Source: Nitrospirales bacterium (GTDB lineage: Bacteria; Nitrospirota; Nitrospiria; Nitrospirales; UBA8639). From it: a stretch of 64,000 bases of DNA. The number at the start of each line of letters is the position of its first letter. Positions within the stretch are counted from its first letter, which is position 1. This document shows positions 49,442 through 61,177 of this stretch, in pieces. Location of the stretch: the NCBI GenBank assembly GCA_965203295.1, contig CBDBCZ010000014.1, positions 704,001 to 768,000 on the forward strand. The letters run 5' to 3'. The notes beneath the pieces were generated by a model that had not been told where the DNA came from, searched no databases, and saw only the letters and a list, made by a program, of their open reading frames with translations. Made by a program: the position numbers and the translations under genes.

Positions 49442-52333
49442 ATGCTTCGTGTACCGCTGCTGGGAGTAATTCTTTTGACTAATGTGGTGAGTTTAAATTT
49501 TACGTTGCCTTTTATTCTGCTGTATAGCTACTGCCACTACTACACATTCTTTACAGTGCCTGCTGAAGGCTGATTATCTACTTCAATATCAAGTGGAGCA
49601 CTATTTCAACATACCGCACACTCGTAGCGGTGGATTCTGCTGTGATTTAGACTGTTCAAATGAGTGTGAGAACCGTTTTCTCTTCTGCCTGCGTCCAGTT
49701 GGCTTCAACCGGAGCTCTGAGGAGTGTCCTCTGGGGAACTACAGCACTGGGGTCATTGCCAATGATAGCGTGGTGTTTGCAGCTGGTGAGGATCTTGATG
49801 TTGGTGTGCCCAACCCGTTAGTGTTCAATGGAGCAGGTGCTTGGCCTGTAAGTGTGTACATGCATGGAGATTTTATCTATGAGATAATGGAATGGAGTGG
49901 TTTACAGGAAATACACTAGAGGCTTCATTGGTAGACCTAGGAGAGTGGTCTCAGTGGGTTTCCTGTATGTAAACCACTGATCTGTCAACATCTAAGTTGC
50001 TTGTACTATAGATTTCATGCTCTAACTGCCAATTAGGGTAGTTAGAGGTAATCGGCAGTTAGAGCGTGGACAGTTTGTCTTGAACTTATAGACTGCTACT
50101 GGTGACATAGCGGATCCAATCCCCCCGGATTTCCTGTGACACCGGTCCCTTTGAACCGCCCACGCAGTATAGTACAAAGCATTAAATAATATAGTCAAGG
50201 AATTATTACTCCTTACTAATGATGTGTTATTTTTACAGGGGCAAGTTGAGATGTATGTACGAGTGGATGATGATGATGATGATGGAACTTCTGACCTAGT
50301 AACTCGCTTCTACATTGAAATAAGTGCCACAGCTGGTTTAGAATTTACAAGTACTCAGGAATACGGAGAGGACTCTGTTGGGCTCCTTGGGGCTAGCTAC
50401 CGAGTGAGTTGTACTGAGGACTTCTACAGCCCGGACTGCAGTGTCTTCTGTCGGGTGAGGGATGATGCACAGGATCACTACACCTGCGACGGCCAGGGAA
50501 ACAGAGTCTGTCTCAGCGGCTTTGAGGATCCTGCCTCCAACTGCACTGAGCCCTGCACCCCGACTGAAGGATGCTGTGAGCTCATACTGCTGTTTCAGAT
50601 GTTTTGTATGCTTTCACTGCCGCTCTTCTCCTACAGCTCTCATCGGTGGCTACTGCAATGTGAGTGGCACGTGCATCTGCAAAAATGGCTACTCTGGAGA
50701 CAACTGCAGCATTGGTAAGAGTTAGTTACCGACCATTGGCATGAACTGGTATAGGATTTATAAGCAGTATTTGCTCCACAGACCTGGACCCCTGTGCCCA
50801 CACCACACCCTGCCAGAATGGTGGGACATGCATGACCACTGGGCCTGACCAGTGTGAGTGCCAGTGTGTGGAAGGGTACGAGGGGATGAACTGCGAGCTG
50901 ATGGTGACTGACGAGTGTAGCCCTAACCCCTGTCTGAATGGAGGAACCTGTGTGGTATGGCATTAGCTCATCTTGACATGAAGCATGAGTCATGTACTGC
51001 CTTATTTCCAGGACCTCTTTCTCGACTATGTGTGTGACTGTGCAGCAGGGTATGAGGGGAAGAACTGCAGTCCTGAACCTGACAAATGTGTCCCCAACCC
51101 TTGCATGAATGGAGGCACTTGCACTGTGAGTGTGAATCCTATTTCTCTAGTGTGCTTGCAATTGTTAGCCCTGCACTCGACTATTCCCAAGATCTATTGG
51201 CAGACTTCCGCTGCTCCTGTGCCTCTGACTTTACTGGCAGGAACTGTGAAGAGAGGGAAGAGGGTGCGTATGTGCACTATTAAAATAGAATTGCAATATT
51301 GACTAGTGGGTTGTTGTTTGAGTTTCAGCATACATGGATAACTACAGCAACAATACTTTCCTCTGAGTATTCCTCCGCCTACTGCTACATGGTTTCGCCT
51401 TAGTGATGCAATTATTCTGTAACGGTAAAGTATTTACCCGCAGCAATCAATCTGTCTTCATGCTTCTGATGTAGGCAACAACCCACAAGTCAATATGACG
51501 TGTGTGTGTGTTTGCATAATGCATGGTGGGTGTGATACATAGGCAGTGCTATGTAATTCCCAGCCAGCATGTGTCAATACTCACGATCGATACACCTAGC
51601 ATCCTCCATTTTCCTCAGACTCTGGGATGGATACCCAGACGTACGCTGATTGGAGCGGCTGTTGCTGCAGGCATACTGCTAGTGGCCATCGTAGTCCTGC
51701 TGGCACTGCTGATACTGGTGCTAAAATGGCGGGGACACTCCCAGCGAAAAGTTGCCATCTCAGGTGAGCTTTTGCTTTGGTTCACTTTAGCTACGTAGCT
51801 CAGTGTGCACCTGTCTATATCCCACAGCACAGCATGCCAGGCCTATAGCAGCAGAGGTCTTCAGAGCTGATAACCCCACCTATGGTGGAGACATCTCATT
51901 GCTGTCTCTTTCTGGAGGCGACAAGAACTCTGGTAGCTTAGCCAACCATAAATTTCGAAACCCCCAGTATGGCTCAAAGGAGGCAGAAGGGTTCAAATCA
52001 GGTGTCTCTTCCCCCTTCAAATCGCCCTACTATGCCACAGTGGCCCGCAGTCCCTCAGTGGAGCCACACCCCCATGACCCTGCCCAGGTACCAGCAATGG
52101 AACATCAGTATGATAGCGTCAAGGTGGGCGGGGCAGAGCATCAGTATGACCAAGCTGAAGGAATCAAGGTGGGAGGGACAGAGCACCAGTACGACCAAGC
52201 TGAAGGAATCAAGGTGGGAGGGGCAGAGCACCACTATGACGATGTTGAAGAAATCAAGGTGGGAGGGGCAGAGCACCAGTATAATTATTCTACGACCCCC
52301 CACATCCAGATAGAGAAGGTTGGAAGAAGCTAA
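49442..52333 (+). pseudogene. Delta-like Notch ligand (signal peptide, MNNL, DSL, EGF repeats, TM, Tyr-rich tail); probably damaged
   Basis: Exons 49442-49486, 49557-49847 (GFCCD..C..RFLFCLRP..CPLG, MNNL-like), 50239-50575 (YRVSC...YSPDCSVFCRVRDD..HYTCDGQGNRVCLSGF, DSL), 50637-50714, 50782-50954, 51012-51125, about 51191-51263 (EGF), 51619-51763 (TM) and about 51828-52333. The acceptor before 51191 reads AA, not AG, and there is an apparent 4-bp frameshift at about 51638-51645. Confidence 0.8.
52100..52284 (+). repeat. Coding tandem repeat (36/45-bp units) encoding EH(Q/H)Y(D/N)...KVGG
   Basis: Five EHxY units inside ORF 51803-52333. Confidence 0.9.
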
Positions 52334-53598
52334 CCCACATGTACGTACATACCTCTGAGGCACACATCATCTCTGAGTGCTTCTGCAAACTCTTGTGCAC
52401 CTTTATCACCAATGTCAACATTGAGGTTTAGTGTAACTCTGCGCAGACCTGGTATCTTTTCCAGTTTGAGCTTTCGTGATCGAAGGCTTCACTTTGTCTG
52501 TGTTGGCAATGATGCTGCAGAAATAATAAAGGGGTAGTAAAGAAATGTAGCCTCGTACCCAGATAGGCCTATTACCACCATGACTGAAGTGGTGGCAGAA
52601 CTGTTAGTCTACCTCAGTGAATACTTTTGTTTCGTTAGGAAGGGAAAGGAATATCTAATCTATTCTGAATCCAAGCAACAACACCTCTTGTGATGTTCGT
52701 AAAATTCTAATTTCTAACCATCCTAGAGCGATGGCACAGAAGTAAAGCCTGTTGACAGTTGCCACAGTTAGCAACACTGTTGTTGTGAGTGACATATTGT
52801 GCATGCAAATAACATGTAGTTGATATGTATCGCTAGAATACAACCTTGATTAGGACTGCTACTGATGATGCTCCTTGGGATGACAGGCTGCACGCAGTGA
52901 GATCCAGCCACTCCAGAGAATAAGAGTTCGTCACTGCACTGCAGATGACTGCATAATATATAAGGGAGTATTATTCAGCATCAGTATGAATCTGACGTAC
53001 GTGTACTTTTAGCATGCTTAGAAGGGTACCCACAACCAGTGTAGTCTGTACTGGCTCAGGTATATGATAATTACGTAAGGAGGTGGTAATTAGACAGCTT
53101 GATTGTAATGCATGTACATGCATTGGATTAAGTAACTCAGTATTATAATTTAAGCTATCATCAGCCTCACTTCAGTAATCTACAACACTTGTGATTAAGA
53201 GAAATACAGTAGTTCATAATTCAATTTCAATATGGTGCGGACTACAAGCACTATTTAAGTATATGAAGTATATGATCGAGTGGTTCCAGTGGGGTTGGTA
53301 CCTAAAATGAGTAACCTCAACAGTGAATCAGGCATCACCGTCCAATACTACTAGTCTCATGCCCAGCCCCATCTTAGAAAGGTGGGTCTAGCCATAGATA
53401 GTAGAGTAGAAGGACTCTACTATCTATGGTCTAGCGACCTGTATATTGAAAGTCGGGTTAGCATTACGTCAGCAGTCCCAGATCTGGACCGGCAATGCGA
53501 AGTGGATTTCACAGTTGCATCCACGTCCTAGCCTCATTCCCAGCCACATGCACTCGCAATAATAATCGGGAAAGGTAATTATTCCCGTTTATTTTTGG
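52311..53598 (-). pseudogene. CEP78: Partial duplicate of the CEP78 pseudogene (copy of about 9938-11579)
   Basis: Colinear with 9938-11579, with the same frameshifting deletion; additionally lacks about 10207-10455 and about 11080-11257 (one exon). Confidence 0.85.
53393..53428. mobile_element. 36-bp palindromic micro-MITE with 7-bp TSD
   Basis: CATAGATAGTAGAGT-agaagg-ACTCTACTATCTATG flanked by GTCTAGC twice; the paralogous site near 11410 has a single GTCTAGC. Confidence 0.85.
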
Positions 53599-53601
53599 GC
53601 C

Positions 53602-56600
53602 GAGGCTATTGACACCGACAGTCGGTGTCAAAAAGGGCCATAAAATACCTATTACCACCGATTCGTTGTCAATAAGAGCCACGAGCTTTCTTTTGCCACC
53701 GATCGCCCGCCGTATATTAAATTGTAGCCACGTGGCCACAGGATTCGCAATGCAACCGCGCACGTGTAGCTACGCCTATAGCGTAATAACTAGGAGAATG
53801 CAGAGCATTTGTGGGGCGAGCGCAACTACAACATGTGCTTAGCATGTTTCTGCGCATGCGCAATGCGACCGGTCGGTCGATGACATACATACAGGTCGGT
53901 CGATGACATACATACAAACAGAGTTGGCATTGACCTCGCTAGTACAGGGCTCGCTGTGCTCGCCCCAATTATTTATGACGATAAATTAAAATGAAGAATG
54001 CTACAGCACTGGGCAATTCTGGCAATACCAGTCCTCACTAATATCACAATCTTCTGTATGATCTACACAGGTAAAGTGAAACCACTCATGGCAGTTTAAA
54101 CACTGGACCATACTGTCTCCGGTGTCAGGAAGGCGGCAATAGCAGTAGACTCGAAACTTTCGCCAAAGTGGTTCTTCTGGTATATACAGCCGAGGGCAGT
54201 GTCGAAAAGATGCAATAGTTCTTTCTTTGAGACAGTTTAAGAAATGAACACGGAACAGGGATTGATCATATTCAATCGTAGCTGGATCTTTCCCACTACA
54301 CAATGTGTAGGCAAATGCTAGAGAATACAGTCCACACTCTGAGCCTCCAGACTGTTGTTGTACATCAGGGAAAATGAGAAAGATGTAGCTTTGTGGTAGG
54401 TGCAGTAGGGAAGCAATGACTTCCTTGGTGCTGGTTGGCACATCTCCAGTGCGCATACTATCGTAAATTTTCACTACATTGGGCTTGCAGTTCATGTTGG
54501 TTACACAAATCCAATGTGACCCATGGCAGTTCAGGATCTGAATGAAATTACTTTCTTCTGACTCATCTTCAAATGTAAGTGTATTACTTCGCCCAACGTC
54601 TTGAAGTCCAGCAACATGTCCAAACTTCTCCTTCATCAGTACCTGCCCGGCGTTGATCAACTTGTCATTGAGCCACTTGTCAGAACTCTCTAATATTTCA
54701 ATATCAGAGTGCAAGAGATTTGTTTCAGAGAACACCATACAAATCTGTTCCTCAGTGGGTTCATCGACATCATATGGAATAGTAATTAATTCCTCTTCCC
54801 TGATACATGCATCTCTTGCAATTTTTGCTTTCTTGCGACTCCTTTCCCTCTTCATTCTGGAGCGGTAAGCAGGTGTCCCAGGCTGATAGAGACGACCTCT
54901 TTTTACATCATGAGATTGATGTCGTTGCCTTTTTGCTTTTGGGGAGATGGGATCTTCCTTTTCAGGGTTTGCTGCTCTCTTGTTTCCATGTTGGGAACCT
55001 TTGCCATTCAATTGCAAATTCTCTTTGCCAGTGCTAGCTGAACTACCAGTTTTCTTTCCTTTGTTCTTTGATGGCCAGAGTTTACTGCTTTGCTTCGGTC
55101 GTCCTTTGCACTTTACATGCGATTTTAGTCTAAGTTTCTCACGAAGAATAGAGAGCCGCAAAGAATTGCAGTCCTGCAAGGTATAGCAATAAAAGTCAAA
55201 TGTGGTAAGCATACCATTATACAATTATTTACCTTATGATTGCCATCAGCAATGGTTTCACCATCATTGTGCACAGGAGATGGGACCTCTGATACCTACA
55301 GCATAATAGGTTGCAGGGAGCAATTAGCTAAAACCAAAAAACAGACTCAAAAATATCTCTGTATTAGATATAAGATTTGAGCTCAATCCTGTTTGGAGAT
55401 AAATATACTACAATAAAAATAGACAACAAAAAACTGCATGCCTATACATGTGTGCATGTGTGTGCGTATAGTATGGTGGAGAGTGGGCTGCATACACATC
55501 AGTAGCACTCCTATATACACGGAATAACATACATTGTCTTTCTCAACCAGAGTATTATCCGTATCCACTTCTGATTTTCCTGGTGTACTGTTTTCCTAGA
55601 CAATGCATATATGAATGTATCGGTATGTAGTAACCTCTATGGCAGTAGGTATGTACCATTTAGTTATTGCTTACTTCACTGGCTCTGCAAGACTTGTCTT
55701 CAATGACATCATCTACTGGACTAATCACTGACAGATCCCCATCTCCATCCATCAGAGCACTCACTTCCTGTATCTCCTGTGTAATGTACAATGTAAATGT
55801 AATCATAGCCTAACACCTCCAAGAAGTGTTGTTGCACAGGGATGAAACTAACCTCATAGAGGTTCACACATTCCTCACACTTGGCATCATTAGCCCGTGG
55901 AACATCACAATCTGGTAAGTCCTACATGTGTATTATTAAACAATCATTAGTGCCTTACCATCTATGACAAAATTAGAATTAGTAATAATAAATTAATACT
56001 TAAATGAACTAACCTCCCCAGCTGAAGAGGTCATGGGTGTATCCTGGATTGGAACAACTTCAATTTCCACATTCTTCTCCCAACAGTGAATAATAGATTC
56101 AATGACATCATACCTCCTTCGGAAATCTGGCATTCCACACTCTGAGACTATCGTTGCCAGCTTCTGTCCAAGTCCAACTACCTTTGTGTATTTTTGATTT
56201 CTTGAAAGAGTTCCCCTAAGTCGTGACTTCACCAACAAGGAGGATACGGACAGTGGGCATTCTCCTTCTACTTGGTCTAACACTGGACATTCTTCTAATT
56301 CATTCTCTTGGTCCAACACTGGGCATTCTCTTTCAGATTCATTTTCTTGGCCTTCGGCACCAACTCCAACTAATATCTGGTAGTCTTTGTGCCATCTTCT
56401 AGCCACTGTTGTTAGGTCAAAAACTGGAAGCTCTTGTGCTGCACGAACAACAAACAGGTGCCGACATGGTAGTCCCATTGTTTTTGAAAAGCTACAAGAA
56501 CAGCTATTTGTGGCAAGGGATACACGATGATGATGATCATTGTATGCTACCACAAAATCCGGCATCATTCCATCACTTTCACTTGTAAGTTGGTACTGAA

Positions 56601-58197
56601 TAGTCTGAGACAGCTTTAACTGTTCTACGACTCTATCTGCTGCATACGCTGTGCAAGTGGACGTTATTTCACGTACACCGGAAATGTCATCATTTTCTGT
56701 GTTGCGAGAAGTGAATTCCTCAGTAAAGGACTTGTGTGAATACTCAGCAGCATTGGTTCGACAAAACAGCAAAACATTTGCAAACATTTCAGATAGGGAC
56801 ATTGATCGACTGGTAACATCCTTCAACTTTTGGTTATGGCACTCAAGACGATTGTTGGTAGTATTTGCTAGGTGAAGGTATTCATCCCTGAGAAAAGAGA
56901 CCCATTGTACCTTGCAAGTGTCCCAACACTTGGTAAAGTACTGCTTGAATGCATCATTGCACACTTGCAGGAGTTCACCTTTCAGATCGGTGTATTCTGT
57001 TTCACTACAGGCATGGACCAGTCTTCGAATTAGTTCACGAGCCTCTTCGCGATTCTCCTTTGCAATATCCAACTCCGCTAGCTGTTTGAAGAGGTATTTT
57101 ATGACATGGAACTGGCAGAATAATACTTTAGCTCTTGGAAACTCTTGTTGTAGAGTTTGCAACTCTGTAAAATCCTTGTCAATAACAATAACTTGAACCT
57201 GAGACCAGGATGAATTGGAAGCTTTGAATGACTGGATAATCTTCAACAGGTGTGGTGCATTCTCTTCAGCTGTGGCTGCATAGAAAACATTTCTACCATA
57301 GCCAAAGCCATCCTCTACCATAAAACAGTAAAGAGGCATACCAAGGCTGTTGACATTATATGTTCCATCAATTAAGAGTATCTCAGAGAACTTTTCAAAC
57401 ATATCAGACATGTGACCTGACTGGAAGTACAGAACAGCAAGTTCATCGTCCTCATTAACTGCAATACCACCTTTAGCTTTTGCATCCTTTGTCAGAGCAT
57501 CCTGAAGTGAATCCAGAAGAATTTGTTCATCTCTCCGTCCTTTCTTGGCATCTTCCTTGATTTTTGCTTTCAGATTCTGAATATCTTTAAGCGTAACCAT
57601 CTTGCCATATTTCTGCTGAATGTGATCTTTCAAATGCTAATTGTTAGGTTTAAGGCTAAGCACTTCACTGATTCTTTGTTTCTCAACTTCATTCAGCCTA
57701 CGGCTTGATGGATAGTGTACCATGATCTCACTACTTGTGCGGTGGTTGTGCTGTAATAAGCACTCTCTGAGAACAAGACACTTAGCCCCTCTGTCATACG
57801 ATATGGTGAGTTTGGCTGGACAATCCATAGCAAAATGTCTCTGATTAGGCCTTATACCTTTACTCCTGCTGCGGGCCTGGCCATAATGCACGCACCGAAG
57901 GCTGTAATAAGTATATTGCCATTTCTTATCCACAGGATCCAGGGGTGACTTGGCTTTCTCTCGTCTTTTATTGTACTCATCGACACTTTGGCTGTTGTAC
58001 ACACGCAGGGGATGATTTGCTTCTTTTAGTTGGTCCAAAAGCTGAGTTACCTGGTCAAAACTCTCAAACTTCTTCCCCGTCTCAGGAATTTGCGCCATTT
58101 CTACAACGATAAAACCGGCAAAGGTGCATGTGATGGACCGGTGCCAATAGCGTATTGATGACCGGCATTGGCACCGACGGTCGGTGTCAATAGACAC
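53602..58197 (-). mobile_element. Mutator-like (MULE) DNA transposon
   Basis: Imperfect TIRs G.G.CTATTGACACCGAC.GTCGGTG.CAA (26 of the first 30 match, weaker similarity to about 60 bp) enclosing a MULE transposase gene; no TSD visible. Confidence 0.85.
54001..58098 (-). CDS. Spliced MULE transposase - SWIM - Ulp1/C48-like protease - PHD fusion, with one in-frame TAG at 57639-57637
   Basis: Exons 58098-56014, 55921-55853, about 55776-55675, about 55595-55533, about 55295-55233 and 55173-54001, all GT-AG phase 0. Motifs: LIDGTYNVN, VIDKDFTE, FCQFHV, TTNNRLE (DDE); CSC......LPCRH (SWIM); WLND, SHWI, YDS, QQQ.GGSECGLY (C48); YCYCR...MVQC..C.EWFHFTC...WYCQNC (PHD). Confidence 0.88.
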
Positions 58198-58369
58198 TGC
58201 GTTGTTGTAATTGTTACAATATTAGAGTCAGACTTGCATCCAGAGACAATATTTTTTGGCAAGCTGTATAAATAGTCCGTTGCATTTTGTGCATTTGAGT
58301 ATATTGTGATGTGATGTGTATACGTACTACAATGGATACTGGAGTTGAATTCTATATTACACCATAGAT

Positions 58370-59138
58370 AAGTTTTGCGAAGAACCCGCCCCGCGACAAA
58401 TGGGGGCTTGCCCGGGTGTGGTCTGGGCACGAGACTCGACTAGGATCCGTCCGCCGCAACTAACTGGAACGATAGGAGTTCGTGAGGAGCGTCGATCGAG
58501 AAGGCGCGCTCGAGTTGCGGCCCTGACTGCGAGATGGCAACGAAACAGGGCCATCTGAGACAGCAGGTAGCTGAGAGCCTGCGCGAAGAAGAGCTAGTTC
58601 GACACCAGAAGGCGGGCGCGAGTTCCGCGGAAAGGGTGGCGCGAAAGGAGATAATGGAACTGAGAGGCCAAGTCGTGAGGTCGAGCAATGGCAGCACGAG
58701 GCACAGGCGGCCAAAGCGGAGCTAGAGACGAACTTAGGAACGCAGAACGATTAAAAATGCACCTCGATCAGTGCAATGCGGAGAAGCAGACTGTCGACAG
58801 CACAATTTGCCGAACTGCGGCGGGGCCTGAAGACGGCTGACTAACGGGCTGCGATGGCTGCCGAGGAGGAGGTGCGGAGATTAACGAGTGCGCTTTCTCG
58901 CCAGAAAGAAGAAGCGGAACTACAGCATTACAGAGCCCTGGCCGTGAAGCAAGAGAAATGGGAGGTTCGAGAGAAGCGTCTCGAACAGCAGTTGCAGGAA
59001 ACCATGGCAAGAGGAGAGCGCCTCGAGGCCGCGTTGCAGGAGTGCAGGCGTCAGACGCAGGAGAGTGCCCGTGCTCCAGAGAGGCATAACGCCGAGCCAG
59101 TCGGGAGAGCACAGAGGCTGGATACTGCTGGAGTCTAG
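58370..59138 (+). mobile_element. 5' remnant of an LTR (Gypsy-like) retrotransposon: LTR end, PBS and broken coiled-coil gag
   Basis: ...CA-AA-TGGGGGCTTGCCCGGG (58401-58416) resembles the tRNA-Pro primer-binding site TGGGGGCTCGTCCGGG, followed by frameshifted Glu/Arg-rich coiled-coil ORFs. Confidence 0.55.
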
Positions 59139-60631
59139 AGAAGCCCTCCGCCTCTCATCAAATGCCCTGAGGCTGTGTCTCCAGATGCCCCAGGTGAGTA
59201 ATTAAGTATAGAGTCATCTCTGCATTTTGCACATATCTACTTGCCCACACAATTTTGTAGCGTGGTATGTGTATGGTCCATTGCAATGGTGCAATTGTGT
59301 ATGGTCCATTTTCTTTGTAGTCTTGGATTTGGTGATGGAGGCTTTAATTGACTCCATGCACACTTATGTGCTTAACTATGTGCTTAACTACGTATCGCCT
59401 AGCTGTGTTGAGTATCTTGTAGCTTTCCTTTATACACTGATCCCTCTGCATGATGGTTTAGATTCCACCAATGCCAGAACTAAAGATTTCGGTGATAAAG
59501 TCTACTCAGTTAGAGGAGGCCTTTGAGATCACCTGCCCAGTTACTAACACGAGATAACCATCTTGCATGTGACCAGCTACATGCATACATATTGGAATTT
59601 CTCCCTTGGTAATTAATGCACATGCTGCAGGTCTAGGGCATGCTTCTGGCATCACTGAGAAGTTCGATATTTCTTACCTACATGTACACATATTTAAAGA
59701 AACCAGCCAGGAACGTTTCAAGTGAAACACCCAATGTTCAGCTCAGCAAGCAGTATACACCAAGCTAACTGCAGCTGTAAAACTGTAAATGGGCTGTCTG
59801 TCTCATTCTTCCTATGCAGATAAGTAACCTACATAATGCAGTACATCGAAAGTGCTGACTCAGCAGCTTGATCTTGATCATGTGCTTCCAGATACATGTA
59901 GCAGCTGTAACTGTCATGGTTGCCTACTACGTTTTCGCTGTCTAGGCAACACTACACTATCGCTTGTTTGCTATAGCTTGGCCTACAATCCGCAGAAGTC
60001 ACAGCCTATGCAACGTAATATTGTACCTGTGATAATTGTTGATGCATAGACAAACAAACGAACATGGAAAACGTAAAGCAATCGTAGTACTAGCACCGTT
60101 CACACGCTTCACACACGCAGAGTTGTTAAAAAGACTATATTGTTCTCTGATGTAATGGGCATTTCTATGACATACCGGCCACCATACATAGAGAGAATGG
60201 TATTGACACTGGAACTTTTACAGTGTGTACTATTCCTCTTTTAACGTTTTTTTTCTGATCCCCAGTATTATGCATCACTGTGCTTTTGACAAGAGAGGCC
60301 CATAGTACAAGTACATGTATGTATGCAGTTGTTGTAGAATAGTTTTTGTAAGTCCCATCTTAATTGGCTCATCAAAGGCATTAGTGTGCTGGACAAAAAT
60401 GTTGTCATGCACTGTTGTAGAGTTACAAACTGCCTACCAAAAACTGAACTCAAAGCAGCTCTCCTGATGTCTGAAATGAGTAGCTCTCCAATAGACCCCA
60501 GTACAACATGAATGCAGCTGGCGACTAGCTTGAGTTCAAATCGCGGTAGAAGCCATCAATAGAAACTAGAGGGCTTTGTATGGACACTGGACTCTTAAGT
60601 GTCCCAGTACACCATGAATGCAGCTGCTAAA

Positions 60632-61177
60632 TTTTTACCCCGCGCGCGTATGCGCAAGCGGGGTTAAGTAATTGGTTTTGTCCGTCTGTTGTCGTCGTCG
60701 TCGTTGTTGTTGTTGTTTGTCATAAAAAAAATTGAAAAATCTCTCAAACGGGCGATTTAGAGGCTATAACGACTCCTAAACAGAAGGCTAACGCTGAAAT
60801 CTGTGATACATTAGCCTGTCTGTACCTGATATAGTAGAAAGCGGTTTTATTCTTGGCATTTCCACGCTGTTTCTGATTATCGGTGTGTTCCACCATTTTT
60901 TTTTAATACGGCAAGTGGTCACGCCTTTTTTAATACGGCAGTTGGTCACGCCTACAGCTTGAATACGGACATACGCAAGCCCTCGAATATGGTATACGAG
61001 TCTTTTATTCAACATGGAGCTTAGAAGAGATATTCAGACAGAAAGCATACTGGAGTATACGCAGAGAAACGCATGTATCATTACTACGGCGATCAGCCAC
61101 ACCTACAGCTCGCCTTACGGCGCTACAGTCTGCAGGGTCCAGGAGCGCAGGGTATGTCTCTGCTAGAGACCTCTAGT
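60632..61177 (+). mobile_element. Helentron-type non-autonomous element, copy 3
   Basis: Homologous to 38145-38663 from TTTTACCCCGCGCGC to AGAGACCTCTAGT. Confidence 0.75.

Noticed and set aside
51330..51500. Extra stalk exons that could rescue the Delta reading frame
   Set aside because: Candidate AG/GT pairs give stops or the wrong phase; left unresolved without transcripts.
55955..55965. Possible 3-nt microexon (ag-ATG-gtaag) in the first MULE intron
   Set aside because: Frame-neutral and plausible by chance; needs RNA evidence.
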